Below are positions 51,410-64,000 of a stretch of 64,000 bases of DNA, piece by piece. The position numbers and the translations under genes were made by a program. Origin of the DNA: Eledone cirrhosa. Taxonomy: Eukaryota. The notes under the pieces are model-generated. The model worked only from the letters and a program-made list of their open reading frames with translations, was not told the origin of the DNA and ran no database searches. The stretch lies in contig OZ024755.1 of the NCBI GenBank assembly GCA_964016885.1, positions 11,656,001-11,720,000 of the forward strand, given 5' to 3'. The first letter of the stretch is position 1. Every line of letters starts with the position of its first letter.

Positions 51410-52160
51410 TACCAGAATGGACCGGCGTTTCTCGGGATTCTAAACATAGATTGGCATGTTTATCCCTCCTTTCAGAAACAGTACAGAGAAGTACGCAATA
51501 CCTCGGCCTGGCGATGGTGTCTACATTTTGTGTTTATAAAAAGAATTCGTCGTAGATTACCAGGGGTTTAACTTAATTGGGTGCCTGAGAGTAAAATGTT
51601 CAACCCACGAAAGCCAAGACGATAAGGTTAAGTAAAACGGCATTCGACAGACCGAACATGTAATTGTTGTGTTATGGTACAATGAAAGCAATAGTTACAC
51701 AGCAGTAAGCATTTGGGACTGCAGTGGTGGAGAGCATGAAGGGAATTAATTGGATCCTTGTAAGGTTACAGGTCCTAACGCAAACAAAATGCTAAACAAT
51801 GCGGTCCCTGGGCAAACATTTGAAATCTTTTTCAGTCAAGAAACATAAGTAATGCATCTGCAAAGTTTAAAAAAATTCGGTTGGTTACTTCTCGAGTTAC
51901 AGGCCATAACGCAACGAAAACGTTTTTAAAAAAAAGATTTTTCACCTAATGCGGTCCCTGGGGGAAAAAAATGAGAAAATCTTTGTGCTCAAAACACTCA
52001 CATGACCATAAGTATTACATGTGTAAAGTTTGAAAACAATCGTTTGGTGGTTCTGGAGGTGTGCGTGTGCGTGCGTGTGTGTGTGTGTACTGATGGAATC
52101 GCAGGGGCGACGAAGTGAAATACAGCGTTTCTTGAGTATTTCAAACTTTGCGGAGCCCAT
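51406..52160 (+). mobile_element. Non-autonomous Helitron/Helentron-like element
   Basis: Starts 'tactaccagaatggaccggcgtttctcggg'; internal two-unit repeat ('aatgcggtccctggg', 'aaagttt..aa..tcg..tgg') followed by a (GT)n tract, an architecture like HINE/DINE-type elements. The 3' end is uncertain. Confidence 0.45.
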
Positions 52161-52244
52161 CTCCTCGCCAGGTCTGAACAAAGCTGCTTTCTTCCAAAGA
52201 ATGGGTGAGAGTGATAGAGAGAAAAAATATCGAAGAAGAATCAA

Positions 52245-52385
52245 TACCAGTATTGCACTGCTACTTCATTTATCGACCTCGAAAAAAATGAAAGGCAAAG
52301 TTAAACTCGGCGGGATTTGAACTCAGAGAAAATATCGCAAAGAATTCTATCCAACATTTAAAAAGTTCTGCTAATCCGCCGCTTT
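52245..52385 (-). mobile_element. SINE family 1, diverged
   Basis: 'tttatcgacc..tgaaaggcaaagttaaactcggcgggatttgaactcag..aatccgccgc'. Confidence 0.7.
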
Positions 52386-52819
52386 CTAAAGAAATGAATA
52401 CAACAATTATATTATATTCTACAGAACCTATGTATACGTATAGCTGAATATTAACTTGTTTCGTAAACATTTTCTTTAAAGCAAAATTGCGTTTTATATT
52501 TGTGCATTTCTAAGGTTAGAATAGATTTGAGCAAATTTTGGTTTTTCTTTTAGTGATAATAACTCTTGAGTTTATTCGCATGAAAGGAATAATTACGTGA
52601 GTGTTAATATATTTTAAAGCAGGCAGCATTTAAAAGTTAATTACTAAGTTAGCGTGGCTGTGTTCCGTACTCGGCGAAATAATTAGAATAGAGTTTGCCA
52701 TTGAATATTAGCGTATGTGTGCGTCAGTGGTTACTCACCAAATAATTATTTCTAGTTCACCTTTTTAATGATACTTGCAATTAACACGTAAACATGTTAA
52801 TTAATGTGTGTTTTTCCAA

Positions 52820-52911
52820 TAATTGTTTCTAATTTAGGCACAAGGCAGCAATTACCCAGTGCATTACTGGTACTTTATATTATCGACCTCGTAAAGATGA
52901 AAGGCAAAGTT
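52820..52911 (-). mobile_element. SINE family 1, 3' half
   Basis: 'taattgtttctaatttaggcacaagg..gatgaaaggcaaagtt'. Confidence 0.75.
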
Positions 52912-52997
52912 TTTCCAATAATGTTAGACAGCGAGATATCTCAGTTTTGTAAGGCCACTGAAATAAATCTACGATGTAGCAGATGTGTATATTTATC

Positions 52998-53167
52998 AAA
53001 GGAATTGTGGGAAGGAACCAGATGGACCACAACGCACCAGAGTACTCAAAACTTAGGGTAGTAGAGTGAGAAATAGGAAAAAGTAAGACCCCGACGGCAG
53101 AGATCAAGCCGTTTCGACGGCTATTTCTGGACGAGTCCAGAAATAGCCGTCGAAACGGCTTGAGCTA
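52998..53167 (-). mobile_element. Penelope-like fold-back pLTR (family C)
   Basis: Palindrome tcaagccgtttcgacggctatttctggac-ga-gtccagaaatagccgtcgaaacggcttga; tail homologous to 33025-33101; abuts (TA)n. Confidence 0.7.
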
Positions 53168-53231
53168 TATATATATATATATATATATATACGATATTAA
53201 CAAATGGAAACTATATTTATAAAACCATATT

Positions 53232-53296
53232 TATTTCATTATACATATTTCAAAGACACCAAGTTAAATTATGGTGTGCTTTCATCAGATAAAATA
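53232..53296 (-). ncRNA. Type I hammerhead ribozyme (predicted) in a family-B pLTR
   Basis: tattttat CTGATGA aagc-acacca-taatttaact-tggtgt-cttt GAAA tatgta TA atgaaata; 8-bp stem I with one G-U; same strand as the GIY-YIG fragment. Confidence 0.75.
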
Positions 53297-53702
53297 TAAT
53301 ATAGAGCAGTTTTATAAATAAATATTGTCATACCCTTAAAGAGTGCAACCATTACTGTTCGAAGCTGTGTAACCATTACTATTCGATAGTGGATTTATAA
53401 CTTTAATTATATTATTAGGTAAGTTAGTATTGGATATGTTTAATTAAGCCGTTGGGTTACGGAGAAAGAGAGAGAAAGAGCAGAACAACAGAGAGAAAAA
53501 GATAGAGAGAGAGGAGACAGAGAAAATGAGAGAGAACGAAAACTCTAAGTCATATCTTGTTGAGTTATCTTAACATTTGAGATGAAATGAATCGTTTTCG
53601 GTGCACCCGGCCGATGAACCCACTCGATATGCTAATTGGGCTACTCAGCCGTTAATATGCATAAGGTAAGTATATACGTTCAACAATCTGGCAGGAAGGT
53701 AT

Positions 53703-53745
53703 ACGTTGCTGACGATAGCTAATAAGCTTGAAACTAGTACAGCGT
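53703..53745 (+). ncRNA. Minimal type I hammerhead ribozyme (predicted)
   Basis: acgttg CTGACGA t-agct-aata-agct-t GAAA cta GTA cagcgt; stem I acgttg/cagcgt; palindromic ACTAGT stem III of the dimer-forming type. Confidence 0.75.
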
Positions 53746-54158
53746 TCCTTTGTCAGTGTTGAACAAACGAGCAACGATGGTTGCTGGACACTACGGCTTA
53801 ATACGGGATGTTTGTTTACGCAAAACTTCTAATAGTAATATTATAATGTATTAAAAAAAATATAGTTTTAATGGCCAATAATATGAGGAAAGATGGAAAA
53901 ATTGATAGTGCTGTAGTGAGTAATACTATGAATTGAGAAGTAATTGGGAGGAAAAAGTACAGATTAGAGATTAGAAATTTAAAAAAAAAGGAAGAAAGGA
54001 AAATGATAAAGAAGAAAGATAGGGGATTATGACATAGAATGAGTAAATTGTATTATATAATATATAATACTGAAATAAGGTAGAAAGATGGGTATATTTG
54101 TAAAATATATATAAGCCTTTGAGAAAAGAGGATTTTAAACTAATATGGTATTGAGATA

Positions 54159-54762
54159 TTAGCTGTATACTTTATGGAATGTTCTATGGGATTTATGCAA
54201 GCAGAGCAAAAATAAATCTGTGCATCTATTTATTATAGAATTGAAATTAGATATAATGGTAAATTTCTCGGCTAGGCAGAGATTACATGTTCTGGATAGG
54301 GAAGAATTCAAGTAAGGAAAGGCGGTGCAAACCTTCCTCCAAGAGATGTTATAGTTAATATTTGTGTCTTTTAAGGACCATATGAGTTCCGAGAGTGCCG
54401 TGTTAGTTCTTTAAGTTGGTATTTAAAATACGATTTGTGATTATAAAATCTAGCTTTGAAGGAAGTGGAAGTGGAACCGAAATAGGTAAAAGAATTAGTA
54501 TCAGTTATAACCTTACATTCATAGACTAAGTTTTTATCAAGACAATGGTTATTAAGAGGACATTTAGTTCTAATAGGGCAATTACAATTATGATTAGAGG
54601 AATTAACAGAGTTATTAACAAGTGACCTAGTATTATTTATAGAAGGAATTGGATTGGAGAAGTTATTTACGATAGGAACAATAGTTTCCTGATTTAGATT
54701 GGAAGTTACGTTTGACGTCGTATTTAAATTTACAGAATCTAGCCTAGAGTTAACAATGACGT

Positions 54763-54766
<4 letters not shown>
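54159..54766 (-). pseudogene. Penelope-like (Naiad-type) GIY-YIG endonuclease fragment, one frameshift, 5'-truncated at (TA)n
   Basis: CNCPIRTKCPLNNHCLDKNLVYEC..YFGST..FKARFYNHK, then after a frameshift near 54400 TALSELIWSLKD..ISW..AFPY..CNLCLAEK..INRCTDL..CLHK..* (stop at 54161-54159). Confidence 0.85.
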
Positions 54767-54816
<50 letters not shown>

Positions 54817-55339
54817 CGTGTGTGTGTATATATATCCAGTGGTTGGTGCAGAAACGGAATAAAGTATTCATTAAAGCAACAAGAGAAAATTCGATCCGAG
54901 GACACCCTGCAAATATGTTTATATCGATACCAGACGGTCCCCGATAGCAGTGAGTGTCTTAGAAATTGGACAGGGCAGAGATTAACATGTATTGACTAAC
55001 ATAATTGTTCACAATGTGTCCACCCGTATATTCTGAAAATGTGCTTATATGTGCATGGGGAGGGGTATACTCTTTTCTATCACAAGTTGACAGTTAAACA
55101 ACATTCAATCATTATGGTGTCGTCTAAATATTTAGACTTGATACACCTAGGCCAGGCAAGTGGATATTCTTTGCTGAGAAGATCTAATAAGATTGAAACA
55201 TGTATGTTGCTTTCACCAAGTTGAATTATAAACAAACTCCACTCACACGTTTTGCCACGATTATAGGATTTCTCTCCTTTGTAAATTTCTCTACAACTGA
55301 ACTCCCCTAAAGGGATTTAGGTCGTGAAATTGCGACGAT

Positions 55340-55565
55340 TGTCTCAGGTGATTGAAGTGGCTGAGCATTCCATAGGAACACGTAACCTTAATATAGTGCT
55401 CAAGATATTCACCATGACACAATGTACAACTCACGTTTTCCAGCTGAGTGGACAGTTGCAATGAAAATTAATGTATCATGCTCAAATACATATCGTGTTG
55501 CATGAATTCAACGTACCACCTTATAACCATGAGCTGAATATCCTAACCATTAAACTGCGCAACTT
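55340..55565 (-). mobile_element. SINE family 2, diverged
   Basis: 'aagtggctgagcattcc..cagctgagtggac..gctcaa..tatcctaacca'. Confidence 0.55.
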
Positions 55566-56927
55566 CGACAACGTAGTATAGAAACGTTACTAAACTTAGA
55601 CAAACAGTGTAACAATGCTTCTAGAAGGAAATAGTAGTAGTAGTAGTGGTGTTACTTTAACTTAAGCTAGACGTGCTGTGATAAACACAAACCCATGTTG
55701 ATACCAATTTAGATTTCTGACCAATTATTTTACAATTTGCTATCACTTTCAGTTTCTTGAATCTCTGACAGACAGCCATCTATTGGGAATTTCGCTAGCT
55801 GTGTTTGTGCATTCTTCTTATTCTTTTATTATTTAACTGGTTTTCAGTCATTAGATAGCGGCCATGCTGGGGTACCATTTTGAAGAGATTTAGTCGTTTA
55901 TATCCACATCAGTGCATATTTATTTTCTGAATTCTTATACTTATTTTAGTCATCTTTACTTTTGTTATAGTTCGGTTTTTTTTTTGTTGAACCGCTAGAT
56001 AATATCATAAGTACGCAGGTTCGAAACCACCGGCATCTTACGTATGTGTCATTTTCCAATTAGGTAAACGGGAACTGTCTAAATTCCGTTTCATGGAGTG
56101 TACTTGTAGTTCAATTGGCCACCCTTGTTACAGCTTGTCGTAGCGTTTTCTATGAGGATTACGTTAATCCCTTTCAAACCAAATCGCCTGAAATAACCCC
56201 TGGTTCTATAATATAAAATTGTTTTAAATAATTTATGTATAGGAATCTGAAAATCTTCAATTATAATTTTATGTAAAATGCTCTATTAAGTTAAGTTCCA
56301 AACATCAGTTGAATAATGAAAAGGCAAGTTATATGTCTAAATCTCTCCATTTAAAAAATTATTTATAAAATGATTTGAAAACCATTAGCAGTATTTTCAT
56401 TAGAAATATAGCAAGGAAAGTGTAAAGGGTATACGTATCTGTGAAATGCTCAGGCACTTGGACGTGAATTTCGCAAGCAGATTGTTCCGTTGAGTCAATT
56501 CCACTCACTTCTATGTACCACAGCCAAGGAAACATCACAACGCCATTGACAGAATACTAAGCTTAGGCTAGTTTTATCCGGCACTCTCTTAAATCAGCAA
56601 TAAATAAATCACCAATAATATTGTCGGGTCAGTGAAATCTAAATGACACTTAGGATTCTAAACTTAAATCGTGCATCTGCAAATCTTACTCAAATATTAT
56701 TTCTCGAATAAACTCTCTTGGGCTTTCATTGTTTAACCTGGCAGCTAATGAAACGTCGACTGAATCTACTGGGACGATTCCAATAACTACTCTTCACACG
56801 ATATAATTTCAATAGGAATATTTAACTCTTAACGTCATGTACCGCATAAAACAGTATTATTAAGACATATTTGAAAAGTATTGAACACTACTATGATGCA
56901 TTACATTAAAATTATTAGTATATCATA

Positions 56928-57186
56928 TAATTGTTTCTACTTTTGGCACAAGGCCAGCAATTACCCAGTGCATTACTGGTACATAACTATGCTGGAAAGC
57001 ATGGCGTCCGACCCTCTACGGAGAGGGTCGGACGCCATGCTTTCCAGCATAGTTACGTCCCTTTATGATCTGAGTTCAAATCCCGCGGAGGATGACTTTG
57101 CCTTTCATCCTTACGGGGTCGATAAAATAAAGTACCAGTAATGTACTGGATAATTGCTGGCCTTGTGCCTAAAGTAGAAACAATTA
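56928..57186. mobile_element. Head-to-head fold-back SINE family 1 dimer flanked by a 13-bp direct repeat
   Basis: Inner perfect arms 56984-57017 / 57022-57055; outer SINE tails face outward; aattattagtata at 56910-56922 and 57182-57194. Confidence 0.8.
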
Positions 57187-57202
57187 TTAGTATAATATCG
57201 AG

Positions 57203-57420
57203 GGCGGTGGATTGGCAGAATCATTAGAGCATCAGACAACATACTTTATAGCATATAATTACAGACTTTAAGTTTTGAGCTCAAATGGGGTCTAGGTTAG
57301 CTTTGTCTTTCATCTTTACGGGGCCGATAACATAAAGCACGGGTAATGTGACGGAGTCGATTTAATCAGCTTTCCATTTTCCTTTAAATTGCTGGCCTTG
57401 CTCTAAATCTAGAAATAGTT
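57203..57420 (+). mobile_element. SINE family 1, older copy
   Basis: 'ggcggtggattggcagaatc..tttcatctttacgggg..tgctggccttg'. Confidence 0.7.
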
Positions 57421-58405
57421 GTTAGCATAATATCATTAGAATCGTATTGTTTACAACAAATTATTGTAATCTTTTACAATGAATCCACGGGTAAGGGGTG
57501 TGCGTGTGCGTGCGTGTGTGTTAGGTAATTACGAAGGAAAAGTGAAGGAAAAAAGAGAGCTCTATGTATAGAACAGGGCTATTTAATTAGAAAGTGAACA
57601 ACACAAACGACCGATCCAGATGTATATTATTATTGTCTGGGATCCAGAAACCTTTGGTAATGGAGCAGTTATATTTTGTGCTATTCACTTTCCAATTCAT
57701 GTATGTATGTATGTATGTATGTATGTATGTATCTATGTATGTATGTATGTATGTGTCTGTGTGTGTGTGCGTGTGAATTAACAAACCCATTTTTAGATCT
57801 TTTCAGCTAAATTTTACACGATGTTAAAAGTTAAGTACGTTCCGTGCATCATTGTGAAGGGCCGTGGATTAGTGGTTAGGCAGTTGGATACACACACGCC
57901 ACACATGTACATAATAACATCAGCAGAAAACTACCCGCAGTATATATATTACACACACACGTACTATATTATGTATAATATATAGAAGGCCATATAAGCT
58001 TTAACTTAACTGTATTTTCTAATTATGACGGGGTTAGCTAATTAATATAAAAGCATTTTCTTGTTTAAAATGACTTGTATTTAGCTTGTCAGTGTGTATT
58101 TAGCTTAGACTGAGTATGTCACAGTGTTCTAGAGACGTCTTGAATTATTTCCCAATAAAGCAAGCTAGTATACATACAGATACATATATAAGTACCTGCA
58201 TGCGTATATATGTATATCGAAAGAACTCTTGCAATTATAATAAACAAAGATAGAAATATAATTAAAAGGATTATCGTTCACTATCAATGAAATATATTAT
58301 TTCGAAGTGACATATATTCATTGGGGATACATTAAAACATTGTATATATATATTAAGAGTTCCTAGTCTGATATATATCATCAACTTATATATCTATAAA
58401 CATTA

Positions 58406-58682
58406 TATTCAAATCCCACCAAGGTTAACTTTGCCTTTCATCCTTACGGGGTCGATAAAATAAAGTACCAGTAATTTACTGGGTAATTGCTGGCCTTGTG
58501 CCTAAAGTAGAAACAATTATATTCAATTACTGGCGGTGGATTGGCAGTATCGGTAGAGGGTCGGACGTCATGCTTTGACGCATAGAGTTACGGCCCGTTC
58601 CATGCTGAGTTCAAATAAAATAAAGTACCAGTAATGTACTGGGTATTTGATAGCCTTGTGCGAAAAGAAGAAACAATTATAT
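58406..58682 (+). mobile_element. Two tandem partial SINE family 1 copies
   Basis: 58406-58520 is 5'-truncated; 58531-58682 has an internal deletion. Confidence 0.75.
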
Positions 58683-58849
58683 TCAATGACTGGGCTCAAT
58701 CATTGGACTATGGTCATGCTGGTGCACAGTCCTGAAGGGACTCAGTCGATGATATCGATGCCAGTATCGATTTTCAATCCTGGTACCTACATTACCGATC
58801 TCTTTTCGTGGAACTGCTACGTTAACACGACCTAACCTCCCCGTCCCCA

Positions 58850-58887
<38 letters not shown>

Positions 58888-59195
58888 CATACATACATAC
58901 ACACCGTCCGAAACATTAAGTCTCTCTTCCTGCTATATGAAGCGTTAACCTAATATATACCTTCCATATACTGTACCGATTGTGTTTATATTTATGTTTA
59001 TCTTTTACATGCAAACATCACGGACGCTTTATCTCAAAATTATTTTTGAAAAGCATTAGAAATGCGCAACCGGTAAAAACTTAAAACTTAAAACTAAAAC
59101 TGAATACTAACCAATACTTATTACTAATTTTTGCTTATTCCTAATTAATCTATTTTTCACTGGGAAAAATTTGTCAGCATTTTCTTTTCCTTTTA

Positions 59196-59239
<44 letters not shown>

Positions 59240-59244
59240 CACAC

Positions 59245-59430
59245 AATTGTTTCTACTTTAGGCACAAGGCCAGCAATTATCCCAGTGTATTACTGGTGCT
59301 TTATTTTATCGACCCCGTAAGGATGAAAGGCAAAGTTAACCTCGACTGGAATTGAACTCAGACCGTAAAGGGATATAACTATGCTGAAAAGCATGGCGCC
59401 CGACCCTCTACCGATACTGTCATCCACCGC
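59245..59430 (-). mobile_element. SINE family 1, full length
   Basis: Colinear with the other copies. Confidence 0.85.
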
Positions 59431-59613
59431 TTAATAATATTTATTTATTTACTTTACCAGTTTCACAGTTCTTATGCTTTTCAAAAGTAGAATTGAGATG
59501 GATGGTTTGTGGGTTTACTCGTATCTGGTTGGGGTTCGAAAGTTCTTTCTGTGGAAAGAGTGGCTCGAATTGGTGGTTTTTTAAATACTTATGTATATAC
59601 ACACACACACATA

Positions 59614-59651
<38 letters not shown>

Positions 59652-59655
<4 letters not shown>

Positions 59656-59781
59656 AAGGGTGTGGTAAAATAGCAAGTGGATACTTGGGGTAGTGGAGTA
59701 ATATGAAAAGACTCAGGACCCCGCGATGTTCGGATCTAACTCTCGAAACGGCCGGAGTTCAGCTTTCTGGGTCCTGAATCT

Positions 59782-59789
<8 letters not shown>
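59652..59789. mobile_element. Diverged family-C-like fold-back pLTR between (TA)n tracts
   Basis: IR atatgaaaagactcaggaccc (59701-59721) / gggtcctgaatcttttcatat (59769-59789) around 'cgaaacggc'; 'ggggtagtggagt' resembles 53056-53068. Confidence 0.55.
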
Positions 59790-59825
<36 letters not shown>

Positions 59826-59846
59826 CCTGTCATTAAGGAAACTACA

Positions 59847-59931
59847 CGTCTGATGAACTATTGGTTCCAGAGTCGGGCACAATCGATATTGATTATACCG
59901 TGAGCTGATCGATCGCGAAACGCGCGTCACA
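59847..59931 (+). ncRNA. Hammerhead-like motif with long domain II (predicted, possibly decayed)
   Basis: gt CTGATGA ...60 nt... GAAAC GCGC GTC ac; palindromic ACGCGCGT stem III; stem I only 2 bp. Confidence 0.45.
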
Positions 59932-60859
59932 CATGAATAGACATATTACTATATGCCGCAAAATATGTCTGACGCCCTATCGATACGGTGAAGAAATGAA
60001 TATGGAGACAACTTTGATTATATTACTGAGTGTTGGACCTCGATCAGTTTCGACGACGACTATTCGAGCTGTTTGATCAATGGAACAGCCTGTATGTTAA
60101 TTCAACGAACAAGTGGCTGTGTATTCCGCAGTCACATGCAACCAGAACACGATTCCCATGAAGTAAATTGTATAGCTCAACAACATGACGTATTACTGAC
60201 AATAAAGCTGGTGACTTTAGGATCGCGAGCCGAACACTCTGACCACTGAGCTATAGGTCACCATAGTGGTATAATTACTGTCATGCGAGGAGGGGGGGGG
60301 GACATAACCAAGGGGTTAGGGAAGAAGAAGAAGAAGAAGAAGATGATGACAGTGGTATAAATTAGATAAGGAAGACGAAGAGAAAACGATGAAAAGAAAG
60401 AGGGAAGATCGAAGACGGAGAAAAACAAAAGAAGAGAAGAATTAGAAGAAGCGGAGAAAGAAGATGAAGTAGTAGACGTAGAAGGGGGAAGCAGAAGAAG
60501 ATACGATGAGGATGGAATAGTAGTAGTAGTAGTAGTAGAGGGGAGGATGAGGAGGGGGAGGAGGGGGATGGATTGAACTAAGGAGAGGGTGGTTGCAGAT
60601 TCAGATTCAAAGAAGAAGAAGGGGTGGCATTAAACTAGAAGGTGGTGGGTGCAGGACAACCAACAGAATCCCAAACCAAAAGCTAAGCAAAGCAAAACCA
60701 AAATTTGTTATCCATTCACAACGCAGTTGAGTTTTTCAAAATTTCAATAAAAATGGTCTAAGGGAGATAACTTACATTTTACCAGTCAAATTCGCTTCTT
60801 TCATTTATTTTGTCACTTTGTTGACAGTAAGTAAAAAAAAAAAGAACCTACACTTTTTA

Positions 60860-61010
60860 TTTGTTTTAGTCATTGGAATGCGACCATGCTGGGGCATTGC
60901 CTAAAAAGCATTTAGTTGATATATCGACCCCAGCACTTGTCTTGTTGAAGTCTCGTTCGTGTTTTATCGATCTCTTTATGTCAAAACCGTCAGTTAACGG
61001 GATATAAACA
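60860..61010 (-). mobile_element. SINE family 3
   Basis: 'tttagtcattgg..gcgaccatgctgggg..atcgaccccag..tttatcgatctcttt..aaccg'. Confidence 0.6.
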
Positions 61011-61074
61011 CACACACACACACACACACACAAGGCATTGTCTCTTTCTATATACGTGCTCGATTGTATATATA

Positions 61075-61153
61075 TAGTAATATATATATATATATATATA
61101 TATACATTTATATAGTAATATATATATATATATATATATATACATTTATATAG

Positions 61154-61187
<34 letters not shown>

Positions 61188-61410
61188 TTATATAGTAATA
61201 TATATATATATATATATATATACATTTATATAGTAATATATATATATATATATATATACATTTATATAGTAATATATATATATATATACATTTATATAGT
61301 AATATATATATATATATATACATTTATATAGTAATATATTTATATATATACATTTATATAGTAATATATATATATTTATATATATACATTTATATAGTAA
61401 TATATATATA
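61075..61410. repeat. Minisatellite 'catttatatagtaa(ta)n'
   Basis: About 10 units. Confidence 0.85.
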
Positions 61411-61643
61411 TACACATTTATATATATATACATTTATATATATACATTTATATATATACATTTATACATATATATATTTATATATATATGTATGTATATA
61501 TATATGTATATGTATATATATATATGTGCATGTATATATATGTATGTATATATATATGTATATATATATATGTGTATGTATATATGTGTATGTATATATG
61601 TGTATGTATATGTATATGTATGTATATATATGTATATATATAA

Positions 61644-62250
61644 GTCAGGTCACCGGTTGGTGCTACTGGTAACATGTAACCCAGTACAACCTGTCTCATG
61701 GTCGGGTCGTTGGCGACTAAACTGGCAACCCCACCAATGTTTCCTGGTGAGGAGGGTGGCTTTAGACATCCTGCAGGACTAAAAACAAAACCTGTCAAAA
61801 GGCAAAGGAGCTCTTAACAGTCAATAGCCATCCAAAATTACCGGGAGAGATGACCCCTTAGCCTTTGTCAAGGCAGAATTCTAGGAGAAGGAAAACTCTG
61901 ATATAACACCTGTAACCCTGATGGTATCCATGATGTTGACTTGTTCTTCTTTTTGGTAAATATCATCTTGGTTAAGAGAGTGGACTGGCCTTGTGCAGTG
62001 CCTTTGCTCACTATAAAAGCTTCACAGCACAGGCATTGCTTTATATCTGGAGATCTCTCTGCACTTGTCGTCACATGGTACCATGGGCCCAGCACTATGT
62101 GTCAATAATTGTGACAAGTGTAGTGTTTGTACCAGAGTTTTCAAGTCGCTGGCTGGACTAAAAAGTCACACTCGTTCAGCGCATTGGTAGGGGTTCTCCT
62201 ACATGGATATAAAGTAGTGGCCGTACTCGAAAACGAGTTGGCAGCCACCA
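61644..62250 (+). mobile_element. 607-bp non-coding element with RTE-type 3' stem-loop tail, in (TA)n
   Basis: Same termini as 40974-41580; tail 'gtggccgtACTCG-aaaa-CGAGTtggcagccacca'. Confidence 0.88.
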
Positions 62251-62343
62251 TATATATATGTATATATATATCTATATATATGTATGTATATATGTATGTA
62301 TATATATATGTATATATATATATATATGTATATAATATATATG

Positions 62344-62379
<36 letters not shown>

Positions 62380-62384
62380 TATGG

Positions 62385-62456
<72 letters not shown>

Positions 62457-62465
62457 TATGTATAT

Positions 62466-62673
<208 letters not shown>

Positions 62674-62674
62674 G

Positions 62675-62705
<31 letters not shown>

Positions 62706-62948
62706 GTATGTATATATATATGTATGTATATATATGTATATATATATATGTATATATGTATATATACTATATGTATGTATATATATGTATATATATAAAT
62801 GTATGTATATATATGTATATATATATATGTATATATATATATATGTATATATATATATACGTATATATATAAGTATATATGTATATATATATGTATGTAT
62901 ATATATGTATATATATATATATATGTATATATATAAGTATATATGTAT

Positions 62949-62982
<34 letters not shown>

Positions 62983-63185
62983 GTATATATATGTTAATAA
63001 TATATGTATGTATATATTGTATGTATATATATATGTATGTATATATATATGTATGTATATATATATGTATGTATATATATATGTATGTATACATATATGT
63101 ATATATATATATGTATGTATATATATGTATATATATATATATATGTAATATATTAAGATATATATATATATATGTATATATATAA

Positions 63186-63246
<61 letters not shown>

Positions 63247-63247
<1 letters not shown>

Positions 63248-63368
63248 TGAAGGCGTGTGCTGAGTGGTTAGAGAATTGGATTCACAATCTTGAGGTTGTG
63301 AGTTCGATTCCTGGACCGGGCGAATGCATTATTTCCTTGAGCAAGACACTTTATTTCACGTTGCTCCT
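63247..63368 (+). mobile_element. SINE family 2 head and core
   Basis: 'gtgaaggcgtgtgctgagtggttagag..GAGTTCGATTCC..ccttgagcaagacactttatttcacgttgctcc'. Confidence 0.8.
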
Positions 63369-64000
63369 TCTACCTGGAGTTGCGACCGATAGATAGTACT
63401 AGCAACTGGAAAGACCAATGGAAACATTGTTTCCTCGGTCCAATTTGATGAAAGTCGATCGACTTAAAAAAAAAAAAATGTATATATATAAATATATATA
63501 TATATGTATATATATAATGTATATATATATGTATATATATAAGTATATATAAATATGTATATATATAAGTATATATATATATGTATATATATAAGTATAT
63601 ATAAGAAGTATATATATGTATATATATATATAAATTATATATATATATGTATATATATAAATATATATGTATATATATAAATATATATATATATAAATAT
63701 ATATATATGTATATATATAAATATATATATACATATATATGTATATATATAAATATATATGTATATATATAAATATATATATATATATGTATATATAATA
63801 AATATATATATATAAATATATATATATAAATATATAAATATATATATATATATATAAATATATATATATAAATATATATATATAAATATATATATATAAA
63901 TATATATATATGTATATATATATATGTATATATATAAATATATACATATATGTATATATATAAAATATATACATATATGTATATATATATATATGTATAT

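Noticed and set aside
53605-53652. ggcCGATGAaccc..ggg motif
   Set aside because: It lacks GAAA and an intact CUGA; at best a decayed hammerhead.
54159-54766. Selenocysteine (in-frame TGA) as reported for some Naiad elements
   Set aside because: The cysteine positions read here are TGT/TGC; the break in the frame is a frameshift, not TGA.
61644-61735. HDV-like ribozyme at the 5' end of the 607-bp element (gg-P4-ctaa-actgg resembles J4/2-P2)
   Set aside because: No canonical P3/L3 (7-8 nt UCC loop) together with a P1 partner could be built by eye; left as an untested possibility.

Overview
Repeat-saturated, AT-rich eukaryotic DNA, most likely octopus/cephalopod (inferred from the SINE and microsatellite make-up). 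Roughly half the window is (TA)n/(TACA)n/(TATG)n/(GA)n/(TAA)n microsatellite, and all the long Y/I-rich ORFs are translation artefacts of it. No host gene can be firmly identified; there is one candidate signal-peptide exon at 11688-11787 (-). Real coding sequence is retroelement-derived: a 5'-truncated R4/Dong-type element with REL endonuclease in (TAA)n (3465-5056 +), a 5'-truncated RTE/BovB-type element with three C2H2 fingers (5232-6989 -), a Penelope-like (Naiad-type) GIY-YIG fragment (54159-54766 -), and small RTE, RTE-X and Tx1-like 3' fragments. Many tRNA-derived SINEs are present. The most striking signal is a set of short fold-back (palindromic) non-coding elements, usually next to (TA)n, that carry type I hammerhead ribozyme cores from several sequence families; one 379-bp palindrome encodes the same hammerhead on both strands. 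Also notable: a 14-unit array of an amplified SINE Pol III head, a minisatellite whose (TA)n spacers hold successive different insertions, a 607-bp non-coding RTE-tailed element family, and filled/empty insertion-site pairs. All alignments and folds were done by eye.
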